NCBI RefSeq assembly: GCF_001194135.2
Contig: NC_068982.1
Location: 117,351,558 to 117,389,035 of the forward strand
Direction: 5' to 3'
Length of the DNA: 37,478 nucleotides
DNA from: Octopus bimaculoides
Taxonomy: Eukaryota
In this document: positions 34,025-37,478 of the stretch, piece by piece
Layout of the letters: the number at the start of each line of letters is the position of its first letter
How positions within the stretch are numbered: position 1 is the first letter of the stretch
The notes under the pieces: model-generated
Database searches by the model: none
What the model was told of the DNA's origin: nothing
What the model saw: only the letters and a program-made list of their open reading frames with translations
Position numbers and translations under genes: made by a program

Positions 34025-37000
34025 TCAAGAGTTTTGATGGCACATCTGGTGTATAAGAGAATTTGACATCGCTGCCCTAAACTGTGTCTCATGACGAGCC
34101 ATTGGTTCGTCTGGTGTCGTGGAGAGGAAAGCATCAAGTTTTGTCTTGAAGACCTCCGCATCCATATCTTGCAGGTCTCTCAAATATTTTGGCAGGGCAT
34201 TGAGGAGCTGAGGTCCTCTGAAACCGAGGCTGCTGCAGTATCTCGTTCTTATGTGAGATGCAGTGGACAGCACCTTTGGCACCATGCAGTGGGAACCCGT
34301 GCGGGCATTCCTGTAGTACTTGATGCCAAAGTTTGGCACCAGTCCTTTCTATATTTTCCATATGTATATTATAACATATCTTTCCCGCCTGCGCTCCAGG
34401 CAGTAGAGACTTAGTGCCTTCAGTCGTTCCCTGTAGTTCATCTGTTGGAATGTGGCGATCTTTTTTGTATAGTGGCGCTGAATTGCCTCGAGTTCTGCTG
34501 TCCGCTTAACACTGTGTGGTGACCACAACTGAAAGCAAAAGTCTAGGCGGCTCAGCACAAATGTCTTCCACAGAGTCAACATGACTTTTTGATCCCTTGT
34601 ACGGAATGTCCTCAGTATCCACCCTACCAGTTGTCTGCACTTTGCTGTCAACTTGACAATGTGCATGTGAAATGATGCATTACTACACATGTTGATGCCC
34701 AGATCTCTTACTGTTTGTGGTTCTGGGATTGCAGTACCTCCAGGTCCTGTGTATGCCAGTTGGGAGGCACTTTTGGCCTTGTAGCGCAGTACTTGAAATT
34801 TTTTTGCATTGNNNNNNNNNNNNNNNNNNNNNNNNNNNNNNNNNNNNNNNNNNNNNNNNNNNNNNNNNNNNNNNNNNNNNNNNNNNNNNNNNNNNNNNNN
34901 NNNNNNNNNNNNNNNNNNNNNNNNNNNNNNNNNNNNNNNNNNNNNNNNNNNNNNNNNNNNNNNNNNNNNNNNNNNNNNNNNNNNNNNNNNNNNNNNNNNN
35001 NNNNNNNNNNNNNNNNNNNNNNNNNNNNNNNNNNNNNNNNNNNNNNNNNNNNNNNNNNNNNNNNNNNNNNNNNNNNNNNNNNNNNNNNNNNNNNNNNNNN
35101 NNNNNNNNNNNNNNNNNNNNNNNNNNNNNNNNNNNNNNNNNNNNNNNNNNNNNNNNNNNNNNNNNNNNNNNNNNNNNNNNNNNNNNNNNNNNNNNNNNNN
35201 NNNNNNNNNNNNNNNNNNNNNNNNNNNNNNNNNNNNNNNNNNNNNNNNNNNNNNNNNNNNNNNNNNNNNNNNNNNNNNNNNNNNNNNNNNNNNNNNNNNN
35301 NNNNNNNNNNNNNNNNNNNNNNNNNNNNNNNNNNNNNNNNNNNNNNNNNNNNNNNNNNNNNNNNNNNNNNNNNNNNNNNNNNNNNNNNNNNNNNNNNNNN
35401 NNNNNNNNNNNNNNNNNNNNNNNNNNNNNNNNNNNNNNNNNNNNNNNNNNNNNNNNNNNNNNNNNGCTGCTTCAGGACCCAGTCATAATGCTGCAAGAGC
35501 TGCGTGAGGCAGCTTCTACCTGGACGGAAACCATGCTGGGTCTCATTCAGCAAGTCATTTTCTTCTAGGAACGCAATCAATCTCCTTCTGACAATTCGTT
35601 CCATGACTTCGCTAATATGTGAAGTCAGAGAGATGGGCCTGTAGTTCCTAGCCTCTGCTCTGCTTCCACCTTTATGGACAGGACATATGGTGCCTTCCTT
35701 CAGCTTTTTGGGAAGTTTACCATTTGCAAGGAAACTCTGGAAGAGTATCCGGAGTGGTCCTGCTAATTCTTGTTTACACGACTTCAAGAGGACAGCCGGG
35801 AAACAACCGGGGCCAGTTACCGAATTTGAGCTCATTTGGTTTATGGCAGTTATTACATCTTCCTCTTCAATGCCAATGTAGGTAATGGATGCAGTCTTTT
35901 TTCTGCTGAGTGCTATTGTCAAAGAAATCGGCTGGGTTCTTTATCTGCATGTGACTCAGAGGAGAAGTGAAGACACTCTTGAATTGTGCACTGAGCACTT
36001 CACTTAACCTTGTGGGATCTGCATTCAGTGAGCCATTAGGCAGGAATAGGGGTCCTATCTTATACTGTACCGTAGCAGTCTCCCTTGCAGATCTATAGAA
36101 AGCCTTGGGGTTTGTTTTTATGCTTTCTACTGCTCTCTTCTCCTTCTCTGCTGTCTCCTTTTCATGGGAGAGTTTAATCTTGTTTTCTATTTCTAACAGT
36201 GTTAGTTTTAATTTAGCCCTTTTCCTATCCTCCAGTTCTCTATTTAACTTTGTTGTGTGTCTCATAAGGATTTTCCTGTCTCTAGGAATTGTATTGGCAT
36301 GTTTGCTGGTCTTTCTATATGGCACGTATTTGGTGCATATGTCTTGTATGGTTGGCATAGAATGACTTAGTTTGAGGTCAATGTCTTGTATAGAAAGGTT
36401 GTCATGCCAGTTTTGATTTCGAATCTCTCTGCGAATTGACTTCCAGTCCGCCCTATGGAAATTCAGGTTGGATATTGCTTGAGTCCTCCTGGTAGGGTCG
36501 GTGTCAGTGGGTTGTCTTGGACCATACACAGTTAATTCTATAATGTTATGATCTGAGAGAGATGTGGGCGTTATTTTCACATTATGGATTAGGCTCACAT
36601 TGTTTGTGAAACAGAGATCTAAAATATTGCTTCCCCTGGTTGGTTAGAGTATCACTTGTTCCATGAACAGCATGTTGGATAGTTCTAGCAATGATTTTGC
36701 CTGGCTTTGTTCATGCAGTGACATCCCAGAGAGGATGTGACCTTCAGGCCATTTAACATTTGGGAGGTTAAAGTCGCATAGGAAAAGTATGTTGAAGTGT
36801 TGGTCCAGATTTGTCAAGACCTCTTCTATGCGTCTGAGGCTGTCCTCAAATTTACCTTCCTGCTTTGCTGTATTTGGTGGACGGTATGTTGAGCATACAA
36901 CTACATCAATTTGTTTTATGTGTACTATTAAAGTATCACATACAGAGTTTGAGTGTGATAGGAGTAGTAGGGGTGTGACATCTTCTCAGATGTACATTGC

Positions 37001-37323
37001 AACTCCGCCATGACTTCTATCCCTTCTGTCTGTTCGGAGTACGGCATACTCTGGTATATTTATCTCCGCATCTGCTATATTAGGTGTTAGATGCGTTCGG
37101 TAAGCACCATGCATATTGCTTGATTGCAGGTTACTAGGTTTTTCAAGTATAAGAACTTGTGTTTGCCGTCTGTTCGTAATAGGCCCCAGATATTCAGTAG
37201 GAATATGGGTGTGATATCTGTGCAGGGGCTCCTGGTGTTAGCGGTGGCCATCCCTGATCCATCATATGTGGTGGCCTTGGACAATGGTTCGTGTGGCCTT
37301 GACTCTGTACCCTCTGCATCCAC
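34025..37323 (-). pseudogene. LINE ORF2 (APE endonuclease + reverse transcriptase), disrupted
   Basis: APE: LNIWGL, MVLTE, RTDRRDRSHGGVAMYI, TYRPP, CDFNLP, PTRGSNILDLCFTN, SDHNII. RT: GPGCFPAVLLK, NYRPISLTSHISEVMERIV, QHGFRPGRSCLTQLL. C-terminal: VRDLGI, LVGWILRTF, SRLDFCFQLWSP, LERRRERYVIIY, PDEP. Frameshifts near 37095 and 35880, stops near 37000 and 34350, and the RT core lost in the N gap. Confidence 0.92.
34812..35465. other. Assembly gap inside the LINE RT domain
   Basis: Run of N. Other gaps: 18056-18066, 21315-21939, 22981-22990, 26436-27025, 27815-27924, 30395-30816, 31465-32333. Confidence 0.99.
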
Positions 37324-37478
37324 GTTAACTGTTGTACCATTTTCTGGGCCATGCTTAACAAAGCTTGCTGCTCAGCTACTGCAGTTCGTACAGCCTCTGC
37401 ATATAGCCTTTTTTGGGAACAGAAGGAATATACGGACTTCTCTCTTTGTGAGTCCTGTTGGTATTCGGTGGATTAAGT
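37194..37478 (-). pseudogene. C-terminal end of LINE ORF1 (Q/P-rich), overlapping the ORF2 start
   Basis: Reads ..LYAEAVRTAVAEQQALLSMAQKMVQQLTWMQRVQSQGHTNHCPRPPHMMDQGWPPLTPGAPAQISHPYSY*, stop at 37194-37196. YAEAV resembles the SYA.AV motif common in LINE ORF1. Confidence 0.55.

Larger units (their letters stand above)
33891..37478 (-). mobile_element. Relatively young CR1/L2-group LINE (ORF1 end, APE endonuclease, RT, 3' UTR, tail); runs off the window
   Basis: Colinear APE and RT domains. 3' UTR ..CACGGTGGTGCTCCAGCATGACCGCAGCC-ACTT-GGCTGAAACCC with a stem-loop (33915-33928), then an (ATAA)n tail at 33891-33908 abutting a (TA)n tract. Confidence 0.93.

Overview
AT-rich (animal-type) genomic DNA with very dense microsatellites and several N gaps. 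The SINE family, repeat make-up and gap style suggest a cephalopod (Octopus-like) draft assembly; this is inference. I recognise no intact host gene, only weak candidate exons. The window is mostly transposon remnants. (1) Bases 1-5.1 kb are a pile-up of decayed R4/Dong-clade non-LTR retrotransposons (RT, CCHC, restriction-like endonuclease) tied to (AAT)n tracts, one of them apparently rearranged by an inversion. (2) About nine tRNA-derived SINE copies, two groups forming tandem arrays in which the same 16-21 bp target sequence recurs between every unit. (3) An old and a younger CR1/L2-group APE-RT LINE. (4) A full-length but dead mariner with both TIRs that closely resembles Hsmar1/cecropia-type elements, plus a fragment of a second mariner. 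(5) Helitron-like termini. (6) A probable Penelope-like (GIY-YIG) remnant. (7) Two inverted copies of a ~185-bp repeat, each carrying a minimal hammerhead-ribozyme-like core. The most interesting signals are the hammerhead-bearing repeat and the target-punctuated SINE arrays. Most ORFs in the supplied track are microsatellite or N-gap artefacts.
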